A stretch of DNA of 64,000 nucleotides from an uncultured Verrucomicrobiae bacterium (GCA_963837955.1 CAWIPH010000002.1:10966-74965), one strand, 5' to 3'; counted from the stretch's first letter, positions 25,678 to 36,411 are shown. Notes: a model not told the origin generated them from the letters alone. A program made the numbers and translations.

Positions 25678-26898
25678 TTACGATGCGTGCGCGGCGGGTC
25701 TACCGAAGGCGGCCGCCCGAAGCGCCTCCTCGTAGCCGTCAGTGATTCTTTCGAGATCGAACTTCTCCGCTGCAGACCAGCTGGCTTCGCGAATCTGCCG
25801 AAGCCGGTTGGGGTTGGTAAGCAGATCTCTGAGCTTGATGATCCAAGCCCCAGGGTTCTCAAGCGGGAGCAGCCATCCGCTAACACCGTCGGTAACGGTG
25901 TCATGAAGCGTCGGTAAATCTGAGGCGACCACGGCGAGCCCGAACTTTAACGCCTCTAAAACAGCGACAGATAAACCCTCCACCTTAGAGGGGAGAAGAA
26001 AGATGTCTGCCTCAGAGAGAAGCTGGTCGACAGCCTGCCGTGGGACCCAGCCGTGAAAGCGGACCCGACCCGTCAAGCCAGATTGAGCGAGACCCTGTTC
26101 AAGCTTTGGGCGCTCTTCTCCGTCCCCGACGATGTCAAACTCCCAAGTCAGATCCCGTAAGCCGGAGAGGACAGGTATGATGTAGTCCAGGTTCTTTTGT
26201 GGATTGAGCCTGCCCACGAAGATAAGCCTCGGCGTGCTCCCCTTCCGATCAGCGAGAGGTGGGCGCCCATTGAGGGCGATACCATTTGAGATCACGGTAG
26301 GGCTACGTCCGTAGGCCCGGTACGATAAATCGGCCACGAATTGGCTGACGGCGGTCACACCAGCAGCGCGTGACCAGATCGGCCAAATAGCCGGGCCGAG
26401 CCAGCGAAACAGATTGTTCGTTTGTTCCGGCACCGCGCCGGGGACGTCACCAAGATGCGCCGTGATCACATAAGGCAGTCGCCCCAAACTGGCTGCCGCC
26501 AAAGCCACGGCGCCGGTGGGAACCGCAAAGTGCGCATGGAGGACGTCGGGCCTAAACTGCCTCAGATGGCCCAAAGTGGGACCAAAGCTTGTTACGACAT
26601 ATCCGCCCATTTCCAAGGGCGAGCAACGGTCAGGTCGAGAACGGAAACCCCAGGTTCGAAAAACCTCCACTCCGGCGTCAATTTCCTGGCTAGTCTGTCC
26701 GGCCAGACGCACCGTTTGAGCCCGAATATGATGACCACGCCGGGCAAGGGCCTCTGCCACATCTTTTGCGACCCGGCCTCCGCCACCGCCGACAGGAGGC
26801 CACTCGTAGCACAGCACCAGAATCCGCAGCGGGCGCAGCGGATCCTGCGAGAGTGATGTATTGAGTTTTGAGTTTTGAGTTCGGGGTCTTGGGTCCAA
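25678..26898 (-). CDS. Glycosyltransferase family 4 (GT-B)
   Basis: RILVLCYEWPPVGGGGGRVAKDVAEALARRGHHI is the N-domain Gly-rich loop. PSKVEGLSVAVLEALKFGLAVVASD...VTDGVSGWL is the C-domain. The track start is a TTG that lies inside a GAGTTTT heptamer repeat (26863-26881), so the true start is probably further downstream. Confidence 0.85.
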   Translation of the reverse strand: MDPRPRTQNSKLNTSLSQDPLRPLRILVLCYEWPPVGGGGGRVAKDVAEALARRGHHIRAQTVRLAGQTSQEIDAGVEVFRTWGFRSRPDRCSPLEMGGYVVTSFGPTLGHLRQFRPDVLHAHFAVPTGAVALAAASLGRLPYVITAHLGDVPGAVPEQTNNLFRWLGPAIWPIWSRAAGVTAVSQFVADLSYRAYGRSPTVISNGIALNGRPPLADRKGSTPRLIFVGRLNPQKNLDYIIPVLSGLRDLTWEFDIVGDGEERPKLEQGLAQSGLTGRVRFHGWVPRQAVDQLLSEADIFLLPSKVEGLSVAVLEALKFGLAVVASDLPTLHDTVTDGVSGWLLPLENPGAWIIKLRDLLTNPNRLRQIREASWSAAEKFDLERITDGYEEALRAAAFGRPAAHAS

Positions 26899-27261
26899 GG
26901 TGCCTCTGCCGTCCTATTCGGCCGAAGATTGTTTTTTCGCGAGAAATTTTAGTTCCTGGCTTGATACCATCTAGGATTTGCGCGGCACAGGAAGCACATA
27001 GGCATCAAGCTAACCTGCGGTAATGCTGCCCCTGATCGGTAGGGCGAAAGCTTGAGGCGGTATCGGCCGCCTCGGCTTGAGCCGTCTCTCGGCTCCAACG
27101 CACCGGTTTTAACCACTTTCATCCTGCTCTCAGAAAATGGGACGAGAAAGATTGATTCCCGCGTGCGGCTCAAACCCGGCGCGAACCACGCAAGCAGACA
27201 TTGCAACGCCTTCCACGCGCCGAAGTTTTCGCCCTACCAATTATGCCTGACGCTCGCAGCC

Positions 27262-27808
27262 CTAAATCTTACGCAAACGAGCGGCGAGGACCGCAGTGCT
27301 ACCGCTCACGATGGCAATGAGTGCGATGATCCAGCGGATGCCGAAAATCGCCACTGCGGACTGGCCAAGAAATACAAAAAGCAAAAATACCAAAAGCAAC
27401 CATCCAATCGCTCCGATGGAGCTTACGATCAGAAACTTCGGGGTCGGATACCTTAACAAGCCGGACACAATAAGAAGCGCGGTGCGCGTTCCGAGAACCA
27501 ATCGGCTAAAAATAAGCGTGAATCCGCCGTATCGCTCAAACCAACGCGATGCTCGATGGGTTTTATGCAGCGGTAGTAGTCGCTGAGCCCAGCGCGATTC
27601 CAAAACGCGCCTTCCACCAAGGTACATTACTCAAATAGATCCCGATATCGCTCACCCACATTCCCAAAAAACATGCGGCAAATGTCAGCCAATAAGGAAA
27701 TACACCGTTGTAACCCAGCAACGCGCTGCTCACCACAGCCGAATCTTCCTGGACGAATGCCAGGAAAAACAAACCAATCAAAACAGAGTAATTGGGGTGA
27801 TCCATCAT
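27262..27808 (-). pseudogene. DedA/VTT-domain membrane protein, split by a frameshift near 27600-27635
   Basis: ORF 27563..27808 reads ...LTFAACFLGMWVSDIGIYLSN. ORF 27262..27627 reads YLGGRRVLES...FERYGGFTLIFSRLVLGTRTALLIVSGLLRYPTPKFLIVSSIGAIGW. Together they form one DedA-type protein, but they lie in different frames. Confidence 0.6.
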
Positions 27809-28079
27809 GAGCTGAGCTTTAGCCTCTTTGGGCGAGCGGATCCTTCTTCAATTCGTCCTTATAGTCGTCGATGCGTCGAATTACCCCTGATGGGGAGGGC
27901 ACGCGTCCTCGCGCGCCGTCGTTGTTTCACCCAGGGACGAAACCAGACGATGGAACGCAGATGTCAGCATCGTGGGTTAGGCAGCGGATTGCGGGGACGC
28001 AATCCCTCCCGGTGTTTACTCGTTGGATCGCCCTGGGAATCGAGGACGACGACGAGGACGAGAACGAATATTCTCGCAA

Positions 28080-29933
28080 TCACCCCGCCGGCACCATCTC
28101 TGAATGAGCTAACAGCCACGCGCACCACAGCATTCCACGGTCATCCCTTTTCCCAGCCTGGTGTTCCGATAACCGCCCCTTTATCCATTCCCAATCCAGC
28201 ATGGATGGCGATGAGCTGCTGGCAAAACGCAGATCACCAGACTGGAACCAGCGTCCGATCGGAACCCCGAATCCTTTCTTTGGCCGATCAATGATGGCAT
28301 CCGGAACAAGTCCGCGCACGGCCTTTCTCAAAAGATGCTTGGTGGTTCCGCCGCGGAGTTTAAAAGAACTCGGAATCCGTCGGACAAAATCCACAACATT
28401 GACGTCCAGGAACGGGCAACGCACCTCCAAACCATGGGCCATGCTGGAGCGGTCCACTTTGACCAGAATGTCGTCTTGTAAATAGAGTCGGATATAAAAT
28501 TGCATGGTCCGCTCGACATCGTTCTGCGCGGTAGATTCGTTCCAGGCTTCGGTGGCTTCAGAGTAAAGTTCTTCGGTGTCAATTTTTTGCCGGAACAGCC
28601 GCCCTATTTCGTCTGGGTCGAGCGGTCCCATCCACGCCGGCATCCAATGGGACCTATGGTATGACAGACCTCTCAAGGTACGTTTCACGCGAAAATCTAA
28701 ACTCATATTCACGTGAGAGACCGGCATGTGTTCGACCGCCATCCGCGCCGTCCGATGCACAAGCTGGGGAACGAGTTGCTGGTAGGGGACCGCGAAGCGG
28801 AGAGCACGGAACGGATCATAGCCGGCAAACAGTTCATCGCTGGCGTCGCCGGTCAGGACTACCTTGACGTCTTGCCGCGCGAGTTGGGCCACCAATCCAG
28901 TCGGCAGGATCGAACTGTCACCCATGACCTCATCCAGCTGTTTCGAGGTAGCCGAACACAGCTCCAGACAGCGCTCGATCGAGAATATTTCTTCTCTGTG
29001 CTTAGTACCGGCGGAAGTAGCAGCCAACCGGGCATAATCACGCTCATCGAAGCTCTTTTCAGTAAAACCGATGCTGAACGATCGGATCCCCTGGTGATGA
29101 CGCGAAGCGAGCTTAGCTACTAACGTGGAATCGATACCTCCGCTTAAGAATAGACCTACCGGCACATCCGCATTGAGGCGAACTCGCACAGCCTCATCCA
29201 ACAGGCGGATTAGCTCGGCTCCCCACTGTTCTTCCGCATCCTTTGGAACGGTGGCAAACGGAGCGAACTGAAATTCCCAATACTTGACGATTTTTGGGAT
29301 AAGATCAGAGACCGAAATGCGCAACCAATGCCCGGCCGGAAGTTTTCGTACTCGGGCGAGCATCGTTAGCGGTGCTGGTATAAAACCGTAAGCGAAGAGC
29401 TTTTGCAGAGCTACCGGATCTAACGAAGCTGGAACTCGCGGGTGTTGGCGCAGTGCGGTGAGCTCTGAAGCGAAAGCAAAACAGCGCTCATCCGAGTAAT
29501 AGAATAAGGGTTTTTTACCAAATCGGTCGCGGCTCAAAAAGAGTTCGTTCTTGGCCCGATCGAAAATGGCGAATGCCCACATGCCGTTGAGCCGGTCGAG
29601 CATGGCCGGTCCCCACTCCCGGTATCCATGCAGCAGAACTTCGGTATCCGAATGATCGGTCTGAAATCGATGTCCTGCCTTTTCCAGCTCCTGGCGGAGC
29701 TCGACATGATTGTAAATTTCGCCGTTGAAGGTGATCACCAACGCCTCATCGGCGGTTTTCATCGGCTGACTACCGCCGGCGAGATCGACAATCGAGAGAA
29801 TTCGGTGCCCGAAAAAGACCTGATCTCCAGTCCAGAATCCTTCGCCATCCGGACCGCGATGATTCACTCGAGCCGTCATCCGGACCAAGTCCTCGCGGTT
29901 TCCTTCTCCAACGAATCCGGCGATCCCGCACAT
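28080..29933 (-). CDS. Asparagine synthase (glutamine-hydrolysing) family amidotransferase
   Basis: It has the family start MCGIAGFVG (ATG at 29933), the PP-loop SGGIDST, and a length of ~617 aa. The 44-codon upstream extension in the track ORF is a translation of the repeat array. Confidence 0.9.
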   Translation of the reverse strand: MCGIAGFVGEGNREDLVRMTARVNHRGPDGEGFWTGDQVFFGHRILSIVDLAGGSQPMKTADEALVITFNGEIYNHVELRQELEKAGHRFQTDHSDTEVLLHGYREWGPAMLDRLNGMWAFAIFDRAKNELFLSRDRFGKKPLFYYSDERCFAFASELTALRQHPRVPASLDPVALQKLFAYGFIPAPLTMLARVRKLPAGHWLRISVSDLIPKIVKYWEFQFAPFATVPKDAEEQWGAELIRLLDEAVRVRLNADVPVGLFLSGGIDSTLVAKLASRHHQGIRSFSIGFTEKSFDERDYARLAATSAGTKHREEIFSIERCLELCSATSKQLDEVMGDSSILPTGLVAQLARQDVKVVLTGDASDELFAGYDPFRALRFAVPYQQLVPQLVHRTARMAVEHMPVSHVNMSLDFRVKRTLRGLSYHRSHWMPAWMGPLDPDEIGRLFRQKIDTEELYSEATEAWNESTAQNDVERTMQFYIRLYLQDDILVKVDRSSMAHGLEVRCPFLDVNVVDFVRRIPSSFKLRGGTTKHLLRKAVRGLVPDAIIDRPKKGFGVPIGRWFQSGDLRFASSSSPSMLDWEWIKGRLSEHQAGKRDDRGMLWCAWLLAHSEMVPAG

Positions 29934-29940
29934 AAACTCA

Positions 29941-30136
29941 GCCCATACCTGTGGCGGGGGGAAATAGCAAATAGCAGATAGCAGGGGGGAGAGAACGCCG
30001 GGAGCGCACGGGAACGCCGGGAACGCCGGGAACGCCAAAGCCAAACACCAAACGCCAAACGCCAAACGCCGCGATATCGGCAGCTAATCGGCCGTTTAAC
30101 CTGTATTCCTTTGCGCCTTTGCGTCTTTGCGTGAGG
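29941..30136. repeat. Intergenic spacer composed almost entirely of concatenated short tandem-repeat modules
   Basis: AAATAGC/AGATAGC occurs 3 times (29962-29984) and G(G/A)GAACGCC-type 9-mers occur 5 times (29991-30036). CCAAAC(G/A) occurs 4 times (30041-30068) and CTTTGCG(N) 8-mers occur 3 times (30108-30131). The array ends in GTGAGG directly at the stop codon of the next gene. Confidence 0.9.
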
Positions 30137-31183
30137 TTATTGTCGCTTCCAGGCTTCGAAGATCTGCAGAAACGTCTCTTCCAGTCCCTTGGTGATATCC
30201 CAATTCGGGTAATGCGAACGCATCTTCGATAAATCGGAGATATAACAGATGTGATCACCCCGCCGATTCTGATCGATGTATTCGTACGACATCTGTTTGC
30301 CTGAGATTTGCGCGATCAGATCGAACGCTTCCAGGATCGAAATCGAGTTGCGGCGACCGCCACCGAGATTATAGACCTCACCAATGCGGGGTTGTTGGAT
30401 GAATTCATTCATGAACCGAGCCACATCCAAAGAATGGATGTTGTCGCGGACCTGTTTCCCTTCATAACCGAAGATCTTGTAGGTTTTTCCTTCGACGTTG
30501 CATTTAATCAAGTAGCTGAGGAAACCGTGGAGCTCGACCCCGCAATGGTTCGGCCCCGTGAGGCAACCTCCCCGCAAACAACAGGTCGCCATCTGAAAAT
30601 AGCGGCCATATTCTTGGACCATCACATCGGCTGCTACTTTGGAGGCTCCGAAGACGGAATGCAGACAGTGATCGATCGGAAAACTCTCCCTGATTCCATC
30701 GGCGTATTCTGCGTCGGCATAATCCCAACGGGTTTTCTTTTCGACCAGGTTGAGCCGATTCGGGCCATCGCCGTAAACTTTATTGGTAGACATATGAACG
30801 AACGGCGCCTCGGGACACCATTGCCGGGCCGCCTCGAGCAAATTGAGTGTACCGACTGCGTTCACATCGAAATCGTCGAAAGGACGCGACGCAGCAAGAT
30901 CATGGCTTGGCTGAGCGGCGGTGTGGATGACAGCGTCCGGCCGGATCTTTTGAACCAGTTGGAGCACAGCGTTGCGGTCACGGATATCAACTTGATGATG
31001 ATGAAAACATTCAAAAGTCGTCCGGAGTCGCTGCGTGTTCCAGGAAGTGTCCCCCGGCGGACCAAAGAATTCGGCTCGCAGATTATTCTCGATCCCATGG
31101 ATCTCGTTCCCTTCGCGAGCGAAGAAAGCGACTACCTCGCTGCCGATTAGACCGCTGGATCCGGTTACAAGTAGTTTTTTCAC
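30137..31183 (-). CDS. NAD-dependent nucleotide-sugar epimerase/dehydratase (extended SDR)
   Basis: It has [18 protein letters not shown] (GxxGxxG), the catalytic YGASKVAAD (YxxxK), and a length of 348 aa. Overall it resembles the CDP-paratose-2-epimerase-like subgroup. Confidence 0.85.
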   Translation of the reverse strand: MKKLLVTGSSGLIGSEVVAFFAREGNEIHGIENNLRAEFFGPPGDTSWNTQRLRTTFECFHHHQVDIRDRNAVLQLVQKIRPDAVIHTAAQPSHDLAASRPFDDFDVNAVGTLNLLEAARQWCPEAPFVHMSTNKVYGDGPNRLNLVEKKTRWDYADAEYADGIRESFPIDHCLHSVFGASKVAADVMVQEYGRYFQMATCCLRGGCLTGPNHCGVELHGFLSYLIKCNVEGKTYKIFGYEGKQVRDNIHSLDVARFMNEFIQQPRIGEVYNLGGGRRNSISILEAFDLIAQISGKQMSYEYIDQNRRGDHICYISDLSKMRSHYPNWDITKGLEETFLQIFEAWKRQ

Positions 31184-31233
31184 GTATGAGAGCCTTTCAA
31201 CTCGTCGACCATATCCAGAGATCTATAGACCTC

Positions 31234-32196
31234 TCAAGGCCCAATGATCGCGTCGCGATGCTGCATTAACCCGCGGGTAAAATTATGGTTATGGATTGGT
31301 TTAAGAATTTCGAGAACGCCCGCCAGTAAGTCATTGTCGATTGGCTCATTCGCAGCAGCTATGTTTTCCCGGATTTCGTTCGCGCGCGTTGTACCGACCA
31401 AAGTAGTAGCAATGTCGGGATTTGCGCAGCAGTATTGAACAGCGAGTCGGACGATATTCACGCCTTTCGTCCTGCAGTGTTCGACTGCCTTCCGGCATCT
31501 TTCCCGAATTGTTTCACTGGCGGGATGCCAGTCGGGTGCACCTCGCTCTGTGAGCAATCCCATGCCGGTCGGAGCGGCATTGATGATACCCACGCCTTTC
31601 GCTTTCAGGTAAGGGATCAGGTCCAGAAGTGAATTGTCGTTTAACTGATAATGGCAAAACGACAGAATGGTCTCTACGGTACCGGATTCGACCCGATTCA
31701 GGATGCTCGGGAAAATTTTCAGGGGTAATCCGGTAATGCCGATATGACGAACAAGCCCTTGCTTCTTCAGGTGCTGTAGCGCAGGCAAGGTTTCCTCCAC
31801 TATCTGGTCATGATCGGCGAACTCGATGTCATGACACTGAATCAGGTCGATATATTCGACCCCGAGACGTTTTAGGCTGTGCTCGACACTGCGTTCCGTG
31901 CTCGCGCGCGAATAATCATAATCCCCCCGCGCCTCGCTATAGCTGCCAATCTTGGTGGCGATATAGTAGCGCTCCCGAGCGATGCCTTGAAGGGCCCGGC
32001 CCAGATTCAATTCCGCCGAAGTTTCACCGTACGCGGGGGAGACATCGATCAAATTGATGCCACCATCGATCGCGACATGCACGGTCTCGATGCACTCGTC
32101 CAGCTTCGCCCCGCGAAACACTGCTCCAAATGCACAGGTGCCAAAGCCCAGGCGGGAAACATTGAGTTCGGTAGCTCCGAGTTTGTTATATTTCAT
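31234..32196 (-). CDS. Aldo/keto reductase family oxidoreductase
   Basis: MKYNKLGATELNVSRLGFGTCAFG...INLIDVSPAYGETSAE...GLVRHIGITG is the typical AKR pattern. The protein is 320 aa. Confidence 0.85.
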   Translation of the reverse strand: MKYNKLGATELNVSRLGFGTCAFGAVFRGAKLDECIETVHVAIDGGINLIDVSPAYGETSAELNLGRALQGIARERYYIATKIGSYSEARGDYDYSRASTERSVEHSLKRLGVEYIDLIQCHDIEFADHDQIVEETLPALQHLKKQGLVRHIGITGLPLKIFPSILNRVESGTVETILSFCHYQLNDNSLLDLIPYLKAKGVGIINAAPTGMGLLTERGAPDWHPASETIRERCRKAVEHCRTKGVNIVRLAVQYCCANPDIATTLVGTTRANEIRENIAAANEPIDNDLLAGVLEILKPIHNHNFTRGLMQHRDAIIGP

Positions 32197-32325
32197 CTCG
32201 GTTGAAAGAGCGCCGGCGAGAGATTTGCGGCTGGGGGTTTAAATTCACGTACTGAGATCCCTCCGCCTTTCCAGGCGTGGTAAACGAAATTGCATCGGGC
32301 GATGGGGATTATGACAAACGCCTAA

Positions 32326-33744
32326 TTGTGCGCTGCCGGAATTAATTTGGGTATCTCGCGTCACAGCAGAGCATCTAATAGCAAGAAAGAGCTACGAAAC
32401 GATGCCGAGATACTTGAACAAATCGCGACAAACATCCTGCGACTCATCTTCTCAACTGAATATCCGAAAAATATGGTAGGAAGCCCTTTGCTAATTGCAG
32501 AAAAAGCCCGGATTCGACTGCAGTCCACCGTCGCGTCGCTCCGCGAAGGCCGGCCGACGAATCTAAACGTGATTCGGCTGCCCGATCCGGCGGATGTCGT
32601 CATTACGCCCTGTGAAGTCAATGAGTTACATGGAACGGGAACTTTGCTGCTGAGAATATTTAAGGATTCTTCCTCGATCGTTTCATTGCGGACGAGCAAT
32701 TTTTACGATCTCCCGCAGAGTTTCGGCGCCGCAAACTTCTGCTTGCCACTGGCCCAAGCTTCGCGTGCCGAAGTGCTTTCCTGGGTCAAATGGTGGCTCA
32801 GCACGACTTCTGTGCGCCGCGCTGTCTGCCTGCCTTATCTCCCGGCAGATCCTATCGTCGGTATTACCGTCAAAGAACTGTTCAATGTCCCGTTATGTAC
32901 CTACATCATGGACGACAAGAATGTCTGTGCGCAGGGAATTCCCGATGCCCTGATGGAGGAGTTGCTCGCGAAATCGGATCTGCGCCTGGTGATCTCACCG
33001 GAAATGCGTGAGGCCTACGAAAAGAAGTACCGAATGAAGTTCTGTCTGATGCCTCCGCTCGTTTCCGATAAATTGGTTAAGAGGGAGGCGGCTCCGTACT
33101 TAAATGGAGTTAAGCCTGGGCGTTCCGTTCTGATAGGTAATATTTGGGGGCAGCGATGGCTAGATTTACTGCGGAGCACGATTCGCAACAGCGGTTATCA
33201 AGTTGATTGGTATTGCAACCAGAAAAACCCGAGGGCCCTGATTTTCGACCGCCATGAACTGGAAAAGGATGGCATTCGGCTGCTTGATCCGCTCTCGGAA
33301 TCAGAACTTCCGGCGGTTCTTGCGCAGTATGCAGTCGCCATTGTGCCGTCCGATACGCTCGACGGAAGAAGTGCACCGAGTGTGCAGGCAATAGCGGAGT
33401 TGAGCCTACCGAGCCGGATTCCCTTCGTCGTCGCAACGTCACATCTGCCAATTCTCGTAATTGGACATCCAGGAACTTCCGCCGCTCGCTTTGTGGAGCG
33501 CTTTAAGCTCGGTGAGGTTGTTCCCTATGATGCCGATGCTGTGCGAAGCGCTCTTGCACGCCTTTCGAAGCCCGAAACTCAAACACTCACCAGGAGCCGC
33601 GCGGCAGCGCTCAGTGCTAGTTTTTCAGCTCGCGGTTCTGCCGATTGGATTTGGCGTTCGTTGGAAGCGGGCGAAGCCTGCGACCTTCGGTACGAAAAGC
33701 TGATGCCCCCTTCCAAGAATGGGAATTCTCCACATCACCACTGA
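32326..33744 (+). CDS. Uncharacterised protein, paralog A of a triplicated family (possible GT-B-like fold)
   Basis: It shares blocks with 46722..48126 and 58815..60005. The blocks are EVNELHGTGTLLL, IMDDKNV, LSLPSRIPFVVATSHLPILVIGHPGTSAARFVERF and ADWIWRSLEAGEACDLRYEKLMP. The track start is a TTG, and the ATG at 32473 is the more likely start. Confidence 0.6.
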   Translation: MCAAGINLGISRHSRASNSKKELRNDAEILEQIATNILRLIFSTEYPKNMVGSPLLIAEKARIRLQSTVASLREGRPTNLNVIRLPDPADVVITPCEVNELHGTGTLLLRIFKDSSSIVSLRTSNFYDLPQSFGAANFCLPLAQASRAEVLSWVKWWLSTTSVRRAVCLPYLPADPIVGITVKELFNVPLCTYIMDDKNVCAQGIPDALMEELLAKSDLRLVISPEMREAYEKKYRMKFCLMPPLVSDKLVKREAAPYLNGVKPGRSVLIGNIWGQRWLDLLRSTIRNSGYQVDWYCNQKNPRALIFDRHELEKDGIRLLDPLSESELPAVLAQYAVAIVPSDTLDGRSAPSVQAIAELSLPSRIPFVVATSHLPILVIGHPGTSAARFVERFKLGEVVPYDADAVRSALARLSKPETQTLTRSRAAALSASFSARGSADWIWRSLEAGEACDLRYEKLMPPSKNGNSPHHH

Positions 33745-33749
33745 ATTTT

Positions 33750-34782
33750 ATGAGCGAATCCGTTGACACCCAGGCTATCTACGAGCTGGAAAGCATTCTT
33801 CAGTCATTGGTGGTGAATGATACAACGCTGCTCGACGCGCTGGCCCAAATGCTCAATGCCATGCAACAGATGCAGGCCAGGAGTGAACAGAGCCAGGACA
33901 AGCTGTGTGCAGAGCTCCAAGAACTCCGCGCGGAACTGCGCACGTTGACGCTGGAAGTAATAGAAAGAAAGGCAGATGCAGTATCCGGGCGACAACCGAT
34001 CGTCGTGACAAATGACGAGTTTGCCGCCCAGAATCCAGAGCTTGGTTTGCTTGAGTATTTGTATTCCTTCTTGACCGATACGAACGCAATCGATGTCGGC
34101 GCCAACATTGGAAAAGTATCAGAGCGGCTCTTGAAATGCGGCTACACTGTCTACGCATTCGAGCCATATAGCTCCTTCGTTTCGAGAATTGGTGGAAAGG
34201 CATAAGGCGAGTCAGAAATTTCATCCATTCAATTTGGCACTCGGGGCGGTCGACAGAACGATGGATCTCCACGTCGCCTCGGACTTGTCAGGACTTAGCA
34301 AATGGGACCCGACTCTTTTTCATAGCTTGATTGAGCGGCCGATGTTGCAAGATCTGCAGTTTACCAAGACTGTTCCCGTCGAAGTCCGCAGCCTGGAAAG
34401 CTTACGCCAAAATGGGGCGATTCCGCCTACGGCCGGCGTGCTAAAGATCGACACAGAAGGGTTCGATCTGGAGGTCATCCGCGGCATGGGAGAGGGTAAT
34501 TTTTCGGCCGTGATGGCTGAGTTTTGGGATCCGGCACATCCTTTTGGCGGCCAGGCCACAGGTGGACTGGAGGGTCTTGTCCGAGAAATGAAAGGCAGAG
34601 GGTATGCCTCGCATATAGTGATCTATCACTTAGACGAAGACTCGACGATCTCCTACTATTGTAACCGCTCCGAAACAGTCCCTAATTCATGGGGCAATGT
34701 AATTTTCTTCCGTGATCATGCCCTTTTCGCGAAAGCGCTTCGCTGGTGTGAAGAGGTGCTTGTAGCCACGTTACATAGGTGA
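33750..34782 (+). pseudogene. Coiled-coil + FkbM-type methyltransferase, split by a 1-nt frameshift at about 34188
   Basis: The N-terminal part is a coiled coil (LAQMLNAMQQMQARSEQSQDKLCAELQELRAELRTL) followed by AIDVGANIGKVSERLLKCGYTVYAFEPYSSFVSR and then a stop. The next frame continues LVERHKASQKFHPFNLALGA...VLKIDTEGFDLEVIRGMG. The intact paralog at 54578..55513 is collinear across this junction. Confidence 0.65.
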
Positions 34783-34888
34783 TCAGACAAAGGCGGATAC
34801 AATCGGTCAATAGCCACAAATAAGATGCTGCGTTCGAAATCGTAAGCCGGAGCGCCTCTGCACATTTTGGAAGCGGGATCAACGGGTC

Positions 34889-35638
34889 GTGAATCTCAAT
34901 AATTTAGTACTTTGTTGCGGAATGATCCGTTCAGCATCAACGCTGCAATATCAAGTCGTTGCTGACCTGATTGAGCGAAACGGTCTTGGCCAACGGATCG
35001 GGTTTGCGGATCGGGAAAGCCTATCCGAAATCGTGCAAAGGTTCGAAAGGGTGGAGGGTTTCGCGATAGTTAAGGCTCATGAGATCTTGCCACTAGTCGA
35101 TGCACTCATCGCGCAAGGTCGCATTCGCCTCTTTTACACCTTTCGCGACCTGCGCGCAGTTGCTCTTTCGGTAATGCGAAAGTGGGAGATTCCATTTGCA
35201 CAGGTGATTGGTCGAAACGCCTGGCTCGACACTGCAGTCCAATCTTCTAACCATTGGCTTTCCGTCCCCGGTGTCTGCGTAAGCCGCTATGAAGACATGG
35301 TGTTGAGACTCCCGACCGAAGTCACGAAATGGGCAGACGCTCTTGGCCTAAATCTTACTTCTACCCAGGCTGACGAATTAGCAGCCAAATATTCTATCGA
35401 GGCGCAGCGGGAGCGAGTTCGCCAGGCGCGTAACCCAAAGTCAACTCAAATGAGCGAATCGAACGATTTCTTTGATCCCAATAGTTTGCTGCATCACAAC
35501 CACATACTGGACGGGTCCTTAGACGGATGGAAATCAGGACTCGAGAAATGGCAGATTCGCCAAATTGAAGGTCGGTTCTCCAGCTGGTTGTTAGATCATG
35601 GTTATCAATTGAGCACTAGTGCTCCGGTACTGAGCTAG
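34889..35638 (+). CDS. Sulfotransferase-like P-loop protein (Stf0/Sulfotransfer_3-like)
   Basis: LCCGMIRSASTLQYQ resembles the 5'-PSB loop (RSGSTL). FYTFRDLRAVALSVMRK resembles the 3'-PB motif (RDPRdvavS). The later SRYEDMV is also consistent. Confidence 0.6.
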   Translation: MNLNNLVLCCGMIRSASTLQYQVVADLIERNGLGQRIGFADRESLSEIVQRFERVEGFAIVKAHEILPLVDALIAQGRIRLFYTFRDLRAVALSVMRKWEIPFAQVIGRNAWLDTAVQSSNHWLSVPGVCVSRYEDMVLRLPTEVTKWADALGLNLTSTQADELAAKYSIEAQRERVRQARNPKSTQMSESNDFFDPNSLLHHNHILDGSLDGWKSGLEKWQIRQIEGRFSSWLLDHGYQLSTSAPVLS

Positions 35639-35640
35639 CG

Positions 35641-36411
35641 ATGAGCCAACCCACACGGCCGATGCTGCTCGACGTCCAAAATTTGACGAAAACATTTGGA
35701 AACTTCAAAGCGGTTGACGATGTGTCGTTTTTCGTTCGCCCCGGGGAAGTAGTTGGTCTGCTTGGTCCCAGTGGCGCCGGCAAGACCACCACCATCCAGA
35801 TGATTCTTGGATTGATTTCGCCCAGTGCAGGCAGCGTCCGAATCTTTGGACAACTCTTTGAGAAGAACCGTCAACAGATCCTCGAAAAAGTCAGCTTCAC
35901 GGCGCCGTACGTCGCCTTCCCGATCCGGCTCACGGTGTTCGAAAACCTAATGGTTTTCGCCCGCATCTATGATGTTCGCGATCCTGAATCAAAAATCATG
36001 GAATTGCTGCGGATGTTCTCGATAGAGGACCTCAGGAACAAACCAGTTTCTCGTCTTTCCTCCGGCGAGAACACGCGAGTCGGACTTTGTAAGGCGTTGA
36101 TGAACGATCCGAAGTTACTGGTGATGGACGAGCCGACTGCTTACCTCGATCCTCAAGTAGCGCTTCAGGTAAAGAATATCCTCCTCGATTTGCAGCACCG
36201 TTACGGAACAACGATTCTCTACAGCTCCCACAACATGGCCGAGGTGGAAGAGATGTGCAGCCGGATCATTTTTCTTAGCCGTGGCCGGGTGCTTGCGAGC
36301 GGCAGCCCCATAACAGTTACCCAGAGCATCCTGAAAGAGAATCGTCGGGAACCGGCGCTTAAAGAAGTGTTTCTACACGTCGCGAGGAGACGGCTGAATG
36401 AAACTAAATAG
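35641..36411 (+). CDS. ABC transporter ATP-binding protein (ABC-2/DrrA-like)
   Basis: It has Walker A GPSGAGKTT, the signature LSSGENTRV, and Walker B LLVMDEPT. Its end overlaps the permease start. Confidence 0.9.
   Translation: MSQPTRPMLLDVQNLTKTFGNFKAVDDVSFFVRPGEVVGLLGPSGAGKTTTIQMILGLISPSAGSVRIFGQLFEKNRQQILEKVSFTAPYVAFPIRLTVFENLMVFARIYDVRDPESKIMELLRMFSIEDLRNKPVSRLSSGENTRVGLCKALMNDPKLLVMDEPTAYLDPQVALQVKNILLDLQHRYGTTILYSSHNMAEVEEMCSRIIFLSRGRVLASGSPITVTQSILKENRREPALKEVFLHVARRRLNETK

Noticed and set aside
27797-28294. A 165-aa plus-strand ORF between the DedA-like and asnB-like genes
   Set aside because: Its 3' half is antisense to the asparagine synthase C-terminus. Its 5' half covers a GAC/GAG-rich low-complexity spacer. 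No family features were found.
30308-31150. A 280-aa ORF on the plus strand
   Set aside because: It is antisense to the NAD-dependent epimerase gene (GxxGxxG and YxxxK are present on the minus strand). Its composition is Arg/Asp-rich and not protein-like.
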